A stretch of 64,000 nucleotides of DNA from Phoronis australis (taxonomy: Eukaryota > Animalia > Phoronida). Position 1 is the first letter of the stretch. Each line of letters starts with the position of its first letter. The stretch spans positions 641,557 through 705,556 of the forward strand of contig NMRA01000201.1 in the NCBI GenBank assembly GCA_002633005.1, read 5' to 3'. The notes below the pieces were generated by a model. It was not told the origin of the DNA. It did no database searches and was given only the letters and a program-made list of their open reading frames with translations. Both the position numbers and the translations under genes were made by a program. Positions 1-11,263 of this stretch are shown here, one piece after another.

Positions 1-266
1 AAGTAAGCATGAGGGGTTTAGGTTACGACGGCCAGATATCGTTGTCGATTTTTCATGGTTTAAGTCTTCAAATTTCAAGGATTAGCCGAGAAACATATGT
101 CACCGAAGGCATTGAGATCCCGTATTGTCAGTGCTGTAGAGGTAAAATTAGAGGTAAGTAGGCGCCCAAGGCCCACTGTATCACCTTGAGCACTGAACGT
201 AACTTACGATGCGTAGGCGCTACATACAAATGCCAAAAGGTGGTTGGCTGCGCCAACGTGTGGCTT

Positions 267-2924
267 GATACGCCGTAAATGTAACAACAAATGTTACACT
301 TTTCGTTGCTAAGCCTCTCCTAAAATGTAACAAGTTGTTACACTTTACGTAGTTGTTACATTTCACGTCGAACGCACATGCGAGAAATGTACCATTGTTA
401 CATTTTACGAAACCCACGTCATATTGCAATGAATTTGACCAAAATCACGAACAAGTGGTATCTGACACGGCCGGGGGGATACTGGAGTATTTTTAGATGA
501 GGAGCGGTGCCGGAAAATTTTCAATACCTACCCATTTAGAGAGTCGGCTCGTACAAAAAAGTGACCCATTTAGAGACTAATTTGTGTAAAACCTCACATT
601 TTCGCACACTTCCGTTTCATAAATTCATGAAATGCACCTTTTGGATATAGTTTTGTCGAAAATGATACCATTTTGGAGAGTATATATTCAGTGAAAAACA
701 CCCTTTCGGGCGGCACTTTTCGTATACATCTTCTATACGAATGCCCTCCGGGCTGACACGACATGAATTTGCTACCTATTCTAATTTTTATTAGTATTAC
801 ATGTACATTACTATCACTACTGTTACTACTGTTACTCGTTATCGTTTTTGTTATCCTTATTTTTTATAATATTTTAAAATTTATTTAACGAGGATTCAAA
901 CATGGTTACCAAAGTGCTAAGACATAATGGACCTCAAAGATTTTAAAAATTATCCCATTTATTGTTCAATGTTGTCATCGGGCTTTCCATATTAGACAGC
1001 GAGTGCTGTTACAAAAGTTCAGCTTTAACGATATTGTGAGGAATGCCTTGACAGCTGTGGATGCAGAGTACGCTTACTTTTTGGAAACGAGGAGGTTGAG
1101 ATTTAAAATCTTGTTGAGACGAGCCCAAATTCAAAAATTGATTATTTCTGAACTACATGAATCGGCAAGCACTGTATTATTTGTAAATATAACTATGTCC
1201 ATCTGTAGTTTGCCACAAAGAACTGAATTCAGACCACAACATTGTCTCTTGTTGAAAACATTCCTTGTCAAAGAACTGGGGATCGTTCAACGATGATTTG
1301 TAAGTTCAAAATTGCCTTACGTTGAACTCTGGAGGCAGACGTTTTTCGAGAACTAACGACTAGTCAGCTTCGGTCAGCGGGTCATTAAAATAGCGGGTAA
1401 CGGACACACAAGACACGCAACAATTTTATGTGGAATATCCCCCAATATTCTTAGAAAAACAGTGATTTAACAGAATGACTTGAACTAGGTTTCATTGAAA
1501 GTTGATTGTATGGAACAAAAACCGCCAACGTCGAAGTCAGCGATGTTTAATATGAGCATTTAATATGAGCATTTAATGTAAAAAATTATAAAGCAATGCA
1601 TCAAAAGGATACCAAATTCCCTTATCTGCGAGCTGCAACACAAAAATGGCGCCTCATGAGACACGTGAATTCACGTCCATTAATAATAGAATGTGCAATC
1701 TTTATCCTTATTTATTTGTACTTCGAACTAACGACCATTGGTCAATCGGCAATTTTAATTCATAACTTGTATTAAAAGGTAATACAAAGAGAAATTGCAT
1801 GTTTTTATAGTCTGAAGGCCCGAGACTAAGCTTTTTTCAACCATTGCCCGTTTAAACTATAGATCTAGACCAGGTTTGAGCAAATTGATCAGATTCCTTC
1901 AGAGTGCTAGGCATCCCATTTTTACATATACACGTCACGGTTTCACTTGTTGTTACAACCACAATCTCAGACAGGTTTGACATGATAGGAACAAAGATAT
2001 GTCTTTCGTCACAATGCTTGCCCTTCTCAAAGGCGATATTTTGCTGTTGCTTTGGCAAAATCTGTCAACCTGCCGGCAAATCAATGCGTGCTCTTATTTC
2101 CTTCCACCACAATGTCTTTAAGAAATTGTCATTCGTAACTAAGGTGATAGACGGCACCCGTCGGCATCAGAAAGTTTGATTTTGCTCCTTTTGTGTGAAG
2201 CAGGGCAATTACTGCATTAGCGATGACTCCAAGGCAATTAAACACTGGCCGAAATAAACCAAACTATCGCGGACTAAAACTGGTATTTTTTCTATCAAAT
2301 TGGCTTCCGAAATTGAAATCTGCGTTTTGATGGAGAATTTTGTTATCGTCGTTCGTTCCCGAAGAAATACGATAAAAATTAGCCAAATACGATGTCATTG
2401 TTGTTCTTACAAAGAGAAGTGTGTTTACTCTAATGTCGGATAAAAATTGGTTTATGGGCGTCAACAAAAGAATGCAGGAACGCTTTAACGATAAAAAATT
2501 GCTACCTGATCGTGGAAACTAGTTTCGTGTGAAGTTGAAACTGTACGATGTACATTTTTTACTATACCATTAAACTACTCATTTTCAAAAAACCATGGAA
2601 AGTACATTGGGACTCACCTATAACGTCTACCTGGCACATTTGATAGAATTTCATTCACACAATCCGAGAAAGAAGGCGTTAAGTGTGTGAACCGTTTTCC
2701 TCCGTGTGACAAATACCTTGCAAACTCATGAAATATGACGTCACTTTCGTAAAATGTAACGATGGTACATTTCTCGCATGTGCATTCGACGTTAACTGTA
2801 ACAATCACATAAAATGTAACAACTTGTTACATTTTAGGAAAGGCCTAGCAACGTGAAATGTAACAATGACATAAAATGTAACATTTGTTACATTTTACGA
2901 AATTGTTACATTTAACGGCGTATC
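267..2924. mobile_element. Non-autonomous DNA transposon with long (~170-200 bp) imperfect terminal inverted repeats built from AAATGTAACA/TGTTACATTT sub-repeats
   Basis: 267-437 (GATACGCCGTAAATGTAAC...CACATGCGAGAAATGTACCATTGTTACATTTTACGAAA) is the reverse complement of ~2721-2924 (...TTTCGTAAAATGTAACGATGGTACATTTCTCGCATGTG...ACGGCGTATC). No intact transposase ORF inside; superfamily not assigned. Confidence 0.8.
470..752. mobile_element. MITE with (C)CCGGG termini and 8-bp target-site duplication, nested in the 267-2924 element
   Basis: Starts GCCGGGGGGATAC, ends GCCCTCCGGG; flanked by direct repeat CTGACACG (462-469 and 753-760); internal ACCCATTTAGAGA repeats. Confidence 0.8.
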
Positions 2925-2994
2925 TGTGCCTACGCAACTTTACAGCACTGTGTATTGTAGGTCTGCATATGTTCGCCAGTCAGAAAGGTTTTAA

Positions 2995-4371
2995 AGGCGG
3001 AAACAACAAATTTCATGTCTTTTTTAGTAAAATTACGATTCCTTGATTATCCCAGACTTATTTTTCAGTTAATTACGACTCCTCGTACTTTAATTAATTA
3101 GTCTTTCCCTATTCCGGAAGTGGTGTTTTGTTTTCATATAGTCTGAATGTGTGAGTCGTCGAGTCAGTCCTTGTTCATACAAACAATTAGATTTTATGAG
3201 TTCAATCATCGTTTACGTACTTTTATGAGTCACTCAAAATGCTGCACGTTGTTCTACACATTGCTGAATACCGGCATGTATTCATTGTAGTCTCGCATGC
3301 ACTTTGGGTATGCCATTACATCGCTTTCTCGACAGGTGACGCACTCCGCTGTACATGTACTTGGCTCGTTGACGTGTGAAGAACTCATTGTTACCCGTCC
3401 ACGCAACGTAATATTATTGTTTCTATTATTATTGCTGTTGTTATTGTTATCATTATCGCTATTGTTATTGTTAATAATATTAGTTTATTTTATAATTTAC
3501 ATAATTACAATAATAAATACAGTAATTGGTACAGTACAAGATACAAGAAACTTAAAAAAAAATATTTACACTATCTGGATAACACCAAAAGTTAAAAGCT
3601 TATGGTGGTCCATAGTACAAAGCAGTGGCGAATTACCGAGTATGTAGCAAGCATTTTCTGCCGTCGGATTACTGAAGTGATGAAGGTTCCTGCAAAACAA
3701 CGCCCGAAGAAAGGTGCCATACCGTCGCTGTCGATTCCCGGCAGTGTCCCGTCGCCACCTCCGAGAAGTCCATTTTTGAATCGAGAAGCCTCGCTAGCTA
3801 CAGTGACTCGAGGCACTTCAGGTACCGTCACCCGTATACCTCCGAAAACATCCCAGAGCGTGCGCTCCCGGGAATTAGCAGTGATTCGCCCTCTGCTGTT
3901 GTTGTCCCCAGCCCAAAGCCTGTAAGCAGCCTTCAGCGATGCTGAGTAGTGGGAGTGAATACAGGCCCAGTTCGTCACGCAGTAAAGAGGACAGTTCGTC
4001 GTCCAGTGAACAGGCGGCTGAACCACTGGCAAACTTCAATAAGCTTGACTAAAGTATTGGAGATATTTAGAAGGTACCAGGTGTGCGACGAGGGAGTCAC
4101 ACGGCGGGATGTAAGCTGTGTCGGTGCTCAGGTCACCATCCAGAGGGAGTGCGTCGGGCAAGTGAGACAGTTGTAGAACAGATACTTACAGTAAACTCGA
4201 ACACAGAAACAAAATGGCGTGAAATTCTAAACCCCCTAAACGTCACTTCTGGAATGGGGCATGACTAATTAGTGAAATTACGGGAAGTTGTAATTAAATG
4301 AAAAATATGTCTGGGATAACCAAAGAACCGTATTTTTACTAAAAACGTTATGAAAAAGGTTGCTATCTCCT
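2995..4371 (+). mobile_element. Kolobok-like internally deleted DNA transposon carrying a decayed THAP-domain reading frame
   Basis: TTAA at 2991-2994 and 4372-4375; termini AGG...CCT; ~125-bp imperfect TIRs (2995-3121 vs ~4244-4371). On + strand, broken THAP motifs in order: HC*IPAC (~3259-3279), LWWSIV, YRVCSKHFLPSDY* (3634-3675), KKGAIPSL (~3707-3730). Confidence 0.8.
3411..3520. repeat. Degenerate (TTA/TTG)n low-complexity tract
   Basis: ATATTATTGTTTCTATTATTATTGCTGTTGTTATTGTTATC...; explains the poly-Leu/Ile of ORF 3297-3647. Confidence 0.8.
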
Positions 4372-4836
4372 TTAATGAGGATCGGCGTCGCGTTTATTTT
4401 TTCTGCCGTTCCTGTGTGCAAATGTAAATTATACAGATTTCCAAATACGAAAGTGAAGTTTTAACAATTTTTGGTAATGTAACTTAGAGCCAGCGTTTTC
4501 CCACGAAAATGGTTGTCAGCCCTGGAAAGAATCCAATATTTTAACTTGACACGTGCAGAGGCGTATACTCAGTCTGACACAATTAAACAATGAGCGCTAC
4601 TTCTTTCCGACATGACTAATACATTTTACTTTTACCACATTCTACTCTTTACATCAAGTTCAAGTCGAGACAATTTCAAGACATCGAAGAAAGGGAATTA
4701 ATCGATTTCCAAAGTCGAGACATTCTAAAATTTTCGTCACCTACTATGGTATTTTTTCGGCAATATTTATATGAACAATACAACTATAAGGCTTAAGAAT
4801 AACGTTAATGATTTTCTTCTCTTTCGTGCTATAAAG

Positions 4837-7586
4837 AACGAAGTTTGCCAGAAGACGTTTGATTGTCCGGTGAACAAATGCTGTCGTCGTCAAGATGGAT
4901 CGGTGATGTTACAAGACACGTGGATAAACATCCATGGTAGGTTTAAAATCGCAATTATGGCGTATCTCGTATTACATAACTCGTTACGTTGCAGGATATA
5001 AAGTTGTACACAAACAAGTGACATGAACGTCTTCTTTCTTCCTGAGGCGATTGCGCTAGTATAGCTTACATTTGGATACAGACTGGTTATGACAGTTAGC
5101 TTGCCGCTGAACTGTAATCAATTTCGAAATGACACTGAGTCATTCAGCATTAAAATAAAATTCAAACCAAATTGTCACTTAGGGCACGATATTTACATTA
5201 ATGACTTATTCTTATCAGAATATCCTCTCGTGGTGCAGCCTGAATACCAGGCTTGATTTCCATGCAAAAAAAAATGATGGTCTGCAAATTAATACGTAAC
5301 TTTACAAGACGTCGTGTTAAATAGTTAAACGGTTAGCAATTCCCACAATCACTGCACGAGAGCGAGTGTCAGGGAGTCATATAATAACTTCTGTCAACAG
5401 AGGTTTTGTCGCTGAAAGGGGCTAAGATCAACTGTCTCGAACTCGCAATTTGTCTGTACACGCTGTCCCTCTCCCTCCGCAGCGCCCCTATGTGGTTGCA
5501 TTGGAATAAACCTGGCGTCAACCTCGAGGTGGAACTGAATGGAGGGGTAGGATAATCCTACACTAAAGCGCCCGTATAGTTTACTCAGAACTTCATCATG
5601 GCGTCCCGCTAAGGGTTTGGTGAATTGTTATTTACTGTAAATTTTGTTCTTTTAAGATTAAGAAGGAATAATATGCATTTTACAGCAAATGAATTCAATC
5701 AAATTGATAAAAAAAGAATCTTAAAAGATAACGTTCTATTTCAACGATATTGTAGGACCGCTTTTGAAACCAGAAAATGGAACATGCACAACGAAACTAG
5801 CTCAAAAGGGGGAGCTGTGTGACTATAACTGCAAATGCGACACAGGTAAGATTTGGAATCGGATAAACAATAACTTTTCGCATTAAGGGGTGAACGTGTT
5901 AAACAAAACCAACGACCTATTAGCTACGGCATGTACAGTAGCTGATAGTATGTGTTATGATTACAGTGTACATGAGTGTAGGCTAGGTTATGCGGCTGCC
6001 GGCAGGGGCGATGTTCTTGGCTGGAATTACTGAAATCGTTAAAATTATTGTTATAATCAAATCCACTAAAACATATATCTGGAACATTTGAACCATCAAT
6101 GAATTGATTCTTAATTCACTACGGAGCAAGCTGCGATAATATTGGCCGTACGGGTAATGCGTACGTGATGCCCTAAGAAAATGTGAATAGATAGCCACGG
6201 GTGTTTTTAGCATTCTGGTAACTCAGTCGTAAAGGGAGCACAGGATACAGAAAAACCCAGAAACCAATTTTTTAAGGACTTGAAAGGAAGATTCTCTGAG
6301 TTTCAGGTCGACGAAAATTGCGTAAAGTTTGTAATGTCAAATATGTTGCTTGGCCTGTAGAAAATACGTAAAAATAGAGTTCCCAAGCGAATCTACCATT
6401 GCAGAAATGTTTAAATGCTATTCAAGTGTTAGGAAATTTTGTAAAACTCCTTACGGAAGTTTTAGTTATTTAAGTAAAAAAAGTATTTGCTGCATTAAAC
6501 ACAATAAATATAGCGACACATAAGCCAATGTGCTTGGGGATGTCTACCTTTGTCATGTGTTTAATTGATTATCTATGTTACTGGTGACTACATATCGCTA
6601 TCAGGGCGGATCCAGGATTTTGAGTTGGGGGGCGGGGGGGGGCAGAGTGTAAGCCAGGATTTTGCCCGTCTCACATTCGCACTACCGAAATGCCAAATGG
6701 AATCTGGGACTGAGAATTTTAGGGGGCCATGGCCCCCTTATCCCCTTTAAAACAGCCACTGTTATAATAAATAAACAAATTTAATAAAAAAAAATCGAGT
6801 GCTGTAGTTTTCTACTGACAAGCCCGCGACGTTTATTCGGAAAATATCGTTTTAGGGACCAAGAATTAAAGCCAAATGTGTATCTGGGCGTAACAATTGG
6901 AAGTGATCGATGAATATAATATTACGCTCAGGTGTGCGAATACTGCGCTAATGAGTTAATGCACAAAACATTCTCAATGACACGGGTTGGCATGTTTCGA
7001 TGTTGATATCCATTTCCTATGTCGGAAACTGGGAAATGTTTTAGGATTCTAATACATGTACGTCCATTTTACACAAATAAACGCCCTGGGCGTACAGTGT
7101 TTTAGGAAAAATTTCTCCATACACGCCGACTGGGCGTAACTGAAGATGAAACTTTCTTTACAAAACTTCGTTAAAAAGTTTATAAAATGAATGGTACACT
7201 AAACTAGTAAAACGCTAGCAGACCACGAAAATTACGTCCAGCCGTAAAGCGCCGCCTTTGGTGAGGTCACGCAACACTTCACGAGATAATTATTGCCATG
7301 GAATTCAAACGAAGAACTTGAAATTCACTGGCTTGCTATAACCTAAAGTGAGCGAGTCACTCGCAAGAATATTGAGTTACGGAACTAGCCAAAGAATCAA
7401 CCTATACATGTATGAGTAAACGGGTTATATAATTTGTGCTTTTTTATTCCAGGTCTAGAGTGTTATCGCCCTGTCACTGGAGCCTGTTGTCCGCCGAGAA
7501 GGTGTGTTGACGAAGCCTACGCTAAGAAACAACGAGAATATTGGAGAAAGTGTGCTACAGATCCCAATTGCTTCTTTCCACCTTAA
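4837..7586 (+). CDS. Cysteine-rich, probably secreted peptide, prokineticin/AVIT/colipase-fold-like (14 Cys); 5' signal-peptide exon not identified
   Basis: Three in-frame GT-AG exons: 4837-4936 (NEVCQKTFDCPVNKCCRRQDGSVMLQDTWINIH), 5756-5845 (GPLLKPENGTCTTKLAQKGELCDYNCKCDT), 7453-7586 (GLECYRPVTGACCPPRRCVDEAYAKKQREYWRKCATDPNCFFPP*). Both introns are phase 1; AATAAA at 7656-7661. Cys spacing C-x5-C-x4-CC...C...GxxC...CxCxxGLxC...C matches the prokineticin/colipase pattern. Confidence 0.8.
6602..6761. mobile_element. Short MITE of the CAGGG(G)CGGATCCAGGATTT...GCCACTG type
   Basis: Characteristic termini; the internal AGCCAGGATTTTGCCCGTC...GCCAAATGGAATCTGGGA core recurs at ~13105-13218. Confidence 0.6.
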
Positions 7587-8640
7587 CACCTCTGAAGACT
7601 AAAACAGCATGCAATGTTTTGTGATTTTGGAAACGTTTATTTCCAGAGTTTCAAAAATAAAATAGATTGCAAGTATTGTCAGCTGGTATTTGAAGGCATT
7701 GTAACTGATCTTTTAGTACTTAACGTAAGTGATAGAAAAGGTGACTAGTCTGATTGCAGCGGTGTTGTGTGATTGAGGCGTTGAGTACACACTAGACTAA
7801 CTGGTAGCAATCATAAACTGCTATTTGAGAGAGACAACACTCGTTGTAGGCTAATAGTGTTTCTTTGCGTCACCTAATTTTATACACAGGCGGATATGTG
7901 TACTCACACATGCGTTAAACTTCATGATTCAAAAGAATGCTGGAAATGACAATAAACACCTCTAAGAACTTATTTGAACTACCAGAAGAATTTCTGTGTT
8001 TTTGCCGTTTACGCTGATGGTCATAACCTTCTTTCAAATGACTTGTGAATGACCACTGCGAAAATAAGTTGGAATAAACAAATCAGAAAAATGCAATCAA
8101 AGAAATAATATGGTAATTTAATTTATACTATGGGTGAGCCACCAGGCGCATGAGAGGTGTTTTAGAAACACTATCATCGTCGAGGTTTACGCGTCTAATT
8201 TTCCAGATAATACTCCTGAGAGTTGACGCTCAGATGGATGCTTTGTGCTCATATTCCTGTTGCCATCTCGTTTAAATTCTCAATGAAATCTTTTTGCATT
8301 AAGAACTCAACAAAAATAGTACAACTGAGCGATAAATAATGCAACGCAATAAATATGCAGTTTGAACGGGAGAAACCTCCAAAAGGGCCCTGCTGGGAAA
8401 AATCACCTGGAAACTCTAAGACAAGTGGCTTATTTGTAGCAAAGCTTTTTTAATTGGTCCCAAATCTGTAAAGGGTGTGGGTAATGTTGCTGACGCCCTT
8501 CAGGGGCGGTAGCTACTTTCATTTCCCAGCCAGCAGTATCAAAAACAGCCGAGTAGCCCTAGAGGACAGCTTAACTTTTAACCGAACAGAAACCCTTTCT
8601 TGAAGACCCTTTCACTTCCGGTACTTTGGGATGGTTGAAA

Positions 8641-8796
8641 TCAGTAGAGAAAGTTCCACAGCAATACATCTTGACGGTTTCCGACATGACTTGTGAAAAT
8701 GTAGTCTTAGCATTCCAAAACGACGCACGGAACAAAAGGAGAGTTATAATACCGCTCTGCAATTCAGTACGGCCCTGTTGTATTGCGTGTGCGTGA
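8641..8796 (-). pseudogene. Possible decayed third Kunitz exon
   Basis: After an AAACAG acceptor reads SRTRNTTGPY*IAERYYNSPFVPCVVLEC*DYIFTSHVGN, echoing TGAC..IERYFYN...CEKFIYGG..GN of the adjacent exons; two stops. Confidence 0.35.
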
Positions 8797-9072
8797 CTGT
8801 TTCAAATTTGTAAATTAATCTTTCAATTTCAAGTTTATTTGTGGTCTCAGAAAGTGCCTAGAATACCACTTTAAACAAATCAAAATTATTACCAGAATGT
8901 AGTACTAGTCCATGTATGTTACATTACATGTACGTGCTCTCGCAAACGTACACGCAGTTATTGTTGCATGATGGAATGTCAAGATGTCTTAACACTATTG
9001 TATTGTTCATTCCAAACCTATAACAGTGATTCAGAAATAACGTACTTCACAATGGCATCACGTTCTAAACAA

Positions 9073-11263
9073 TTAAGAATAGTAAATCATGGACGCTTGA
9101 CACTCCTCCTTTCGGGTTTCACACTGAGATTTAGTCGAGAAGTTGTTGCTGTTTCCAGCGTAGCCCCCGTAGATAAACTTTTCGCAAGCTCCTGTTCTTG
9201 TGTTGTAGAAATACCGAGGTGAACCACGTCTAGTGCACTCAGTGCCACTCTGTTTCGATTGCCCACATGAGCAGGTTGGACAGTTTACCGAGACTGAAAG
9301 TCAACCCCAAGATAATTACGTCATCGCACACACACAGAATTACATAAGCATGGTGGAAAAATTATTGGCAGTATCAATTCGGTGCTAGAACAGCAACACA
9401 CAATGCTATTACAGATTGCTTACCGTATGCTTGCGCACAGGGCAGCGTCCGAATGCCATTAACAAAAAAAACGAGAGAAAAAAACGCTGATTGGTTACTT
9501 TCGCGTCTGATTCGAATATGAGATGAGTCATTGGATCTTAGGTCCTGATCACAATTTATTGTTTTTGTCTTTATTTCCTGCTATACGTTTTATTTTGTTG
9601 CGAATCCCGGAAAGTGTTCCGTAAACCGAACACTAAGATCTGTGAAGTGTTCGCCTGAACGTGCTCGGCAGTTCAAACTATAGTCTCAGGTCCTAGCAAA
9701 ATGTAGGCCTTTTGAGTGATAGGCCAGCAAGGTTGAGGAGTTGAGTTGTGGAGTTGACTCCACCGTTTCCGTCCTGTAAGTGAGATTTTTCGATGCAACA
9801 GCAAGTTTAAGTCATGCAGTTTAGGAAACAAAAGGATTAACAATTGGGCAATGCAGTGGTGAGCTGAGAAATAAGTACAACCAAACTGTGTTAATCGGAA
9901 TATTTCTGTAAACTGAAGCATCTTAAAGTCATCTTATCTGAGCATCAGAATAGCGTGATATGACAGTACCTGTTCATATTTTATGATTTTCGGTGTGATA
10001 AATCATCAGGAAACACAATTCCCAGAAACAACTAAAAAATGAAATTAAAAGCATGATTTCCCAACCCTAAACACAGATATTTTATGATCACCTTGTTAGT
10101 ATTTAACCGCCAGGTGCACAGCTAGGTCTCCTATACTAACGTTCACAATTTAAGGTAATTTGTTCGATTATCAGACTCACCATTATTTGACTTTTTAAAC
10201 AAGAGGTTAAATATTCCTAAGCATTTTTGAGCTAGAGGTGAACAAAAGCCACGTTCTTAAAAAGTTAAATAGTATTACGTTATTTTCGAACATCTGAAAA
10301 AGAAAATTTTGGTGAAAATTGTCCGTAAAATCGTGGAGTTGCTAATTACGTAGTGTGGGAGGCTATTTAATTCAGTCTAATAGGTAACGATATAACAATC
10401 AGTATTGATAACGAACTTAACTTTTTCCAGGTGTCATACAGGTAGCGAGCGTTACTGTTGCGTTGTACATTCACGTGTAAGGAACGCGGGCGTGTTCTTT
10501 CGAGAACTTGTGTAATGCACAAGTCTATGAAGCACCAAAGGGTTCTTAAGCGAGTTGCTTTTTGCGAGTTGAAATAGGCTTAATCCACGCGTAGTTTTGC
10601 TTAATCAAAGAGTAGATTTGGTTAATCAACGCGCAAAATTAGTTCTTAAACGATTTTTCAACACGCACTTTTGCAAAACGGCGGAAGACTTTCTACATGT
10701 GTGCATGGCCAATTTTGAAGAAAGGTTACAGTGACCACGTAAATTACGACGCCGTTACGTACCGAATGTAAATTTGTCTTCGATTTGGCACAACAAATAA
10801 CTAATTCAACGTGCTAATTACAAATAAGAAAAATTACGTGTTCATTAAGCAATTACGTGTTGATTAATTAAACGTGTGCGTCAAGTAACAGCAAAACAAT
10901 AATCGTTTAAGAACTAATTTTGCGTTTAAGAACCCTTTAGGGCTCCATAGTTTTAAAAGAGTTAGAATACCTACTAAAGGTTTTAATTAATTATATGGTA
11001 TTAAATATGAAAGTGTACGCTTCATTTTAAACAATACAGTACAGTAGTCAACACAGTATTTCACTTACGACTCGCCGCAGGTCTACATGCCCTTTCACAA
11101 GCGATTTTAGATTTGAAGTTGTTAGCGTTTCCCCTACAGCCTGTATAGTAGAACTTCCTGCAAGCTCCAGTTTTTGTGTTGTAGAAATACCGTTCGATAG
11201 AACCCGAGCACGCGCCGGTGTTCAGTGGCTGAGCGCAAGGGCAATTCTTGCAGCACGTCGAAT
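9073..11263 (-). CDS. Kunitz/BPTI-type multi-domain protein (two Kunitz exons; 5' exons not found)
   Basis: Exon 11263-11069 (phase 1-1; DSTCCKNCPCAQPLNTGACSGSIERYFYNTKTGACRKFYYTGCRGNANNFKSKIACERACRPAAS; donor GTAAGT) splices in frame to exon 9293-9073 (SVNCPTCSCGQSKQSGTECTRRGSPRYFYNTRTGACEKFIYGGYAGNSNNFSTKSQCETRKEECQASMIYYS*). Both carry RYFYN and the FxYxG-x-x-GNxNNF signature. Confidence 0.88.
10525..10950. mobile_element. MITE with CTATG(G/A)AGC...GGGTTCTTAA terminal inverted repeats in the Kunitz intron
   Basis: 5' CTATGAAGCACCAAAGGGTTCTTAAGCG vs 3' CGTTTAAGAACCCTTTAGGGCTCCATAG; internal inverted copy of CGCAAAATTAGTTCTTAAACGATT. Confidence 0.7.

Noticed and set aside
267-437. CRISPR-like repeat array
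   Set aside because: Eukaryotic context; the units are degenerate TIR sub-repeats without constant-length unique spacers.
3592-4032. 146-aa minus-strand ORF
   Set aside because: Shadow of the GC-rich plus-strand THAP relic in the Kolobok-like element; no recognisable domain.
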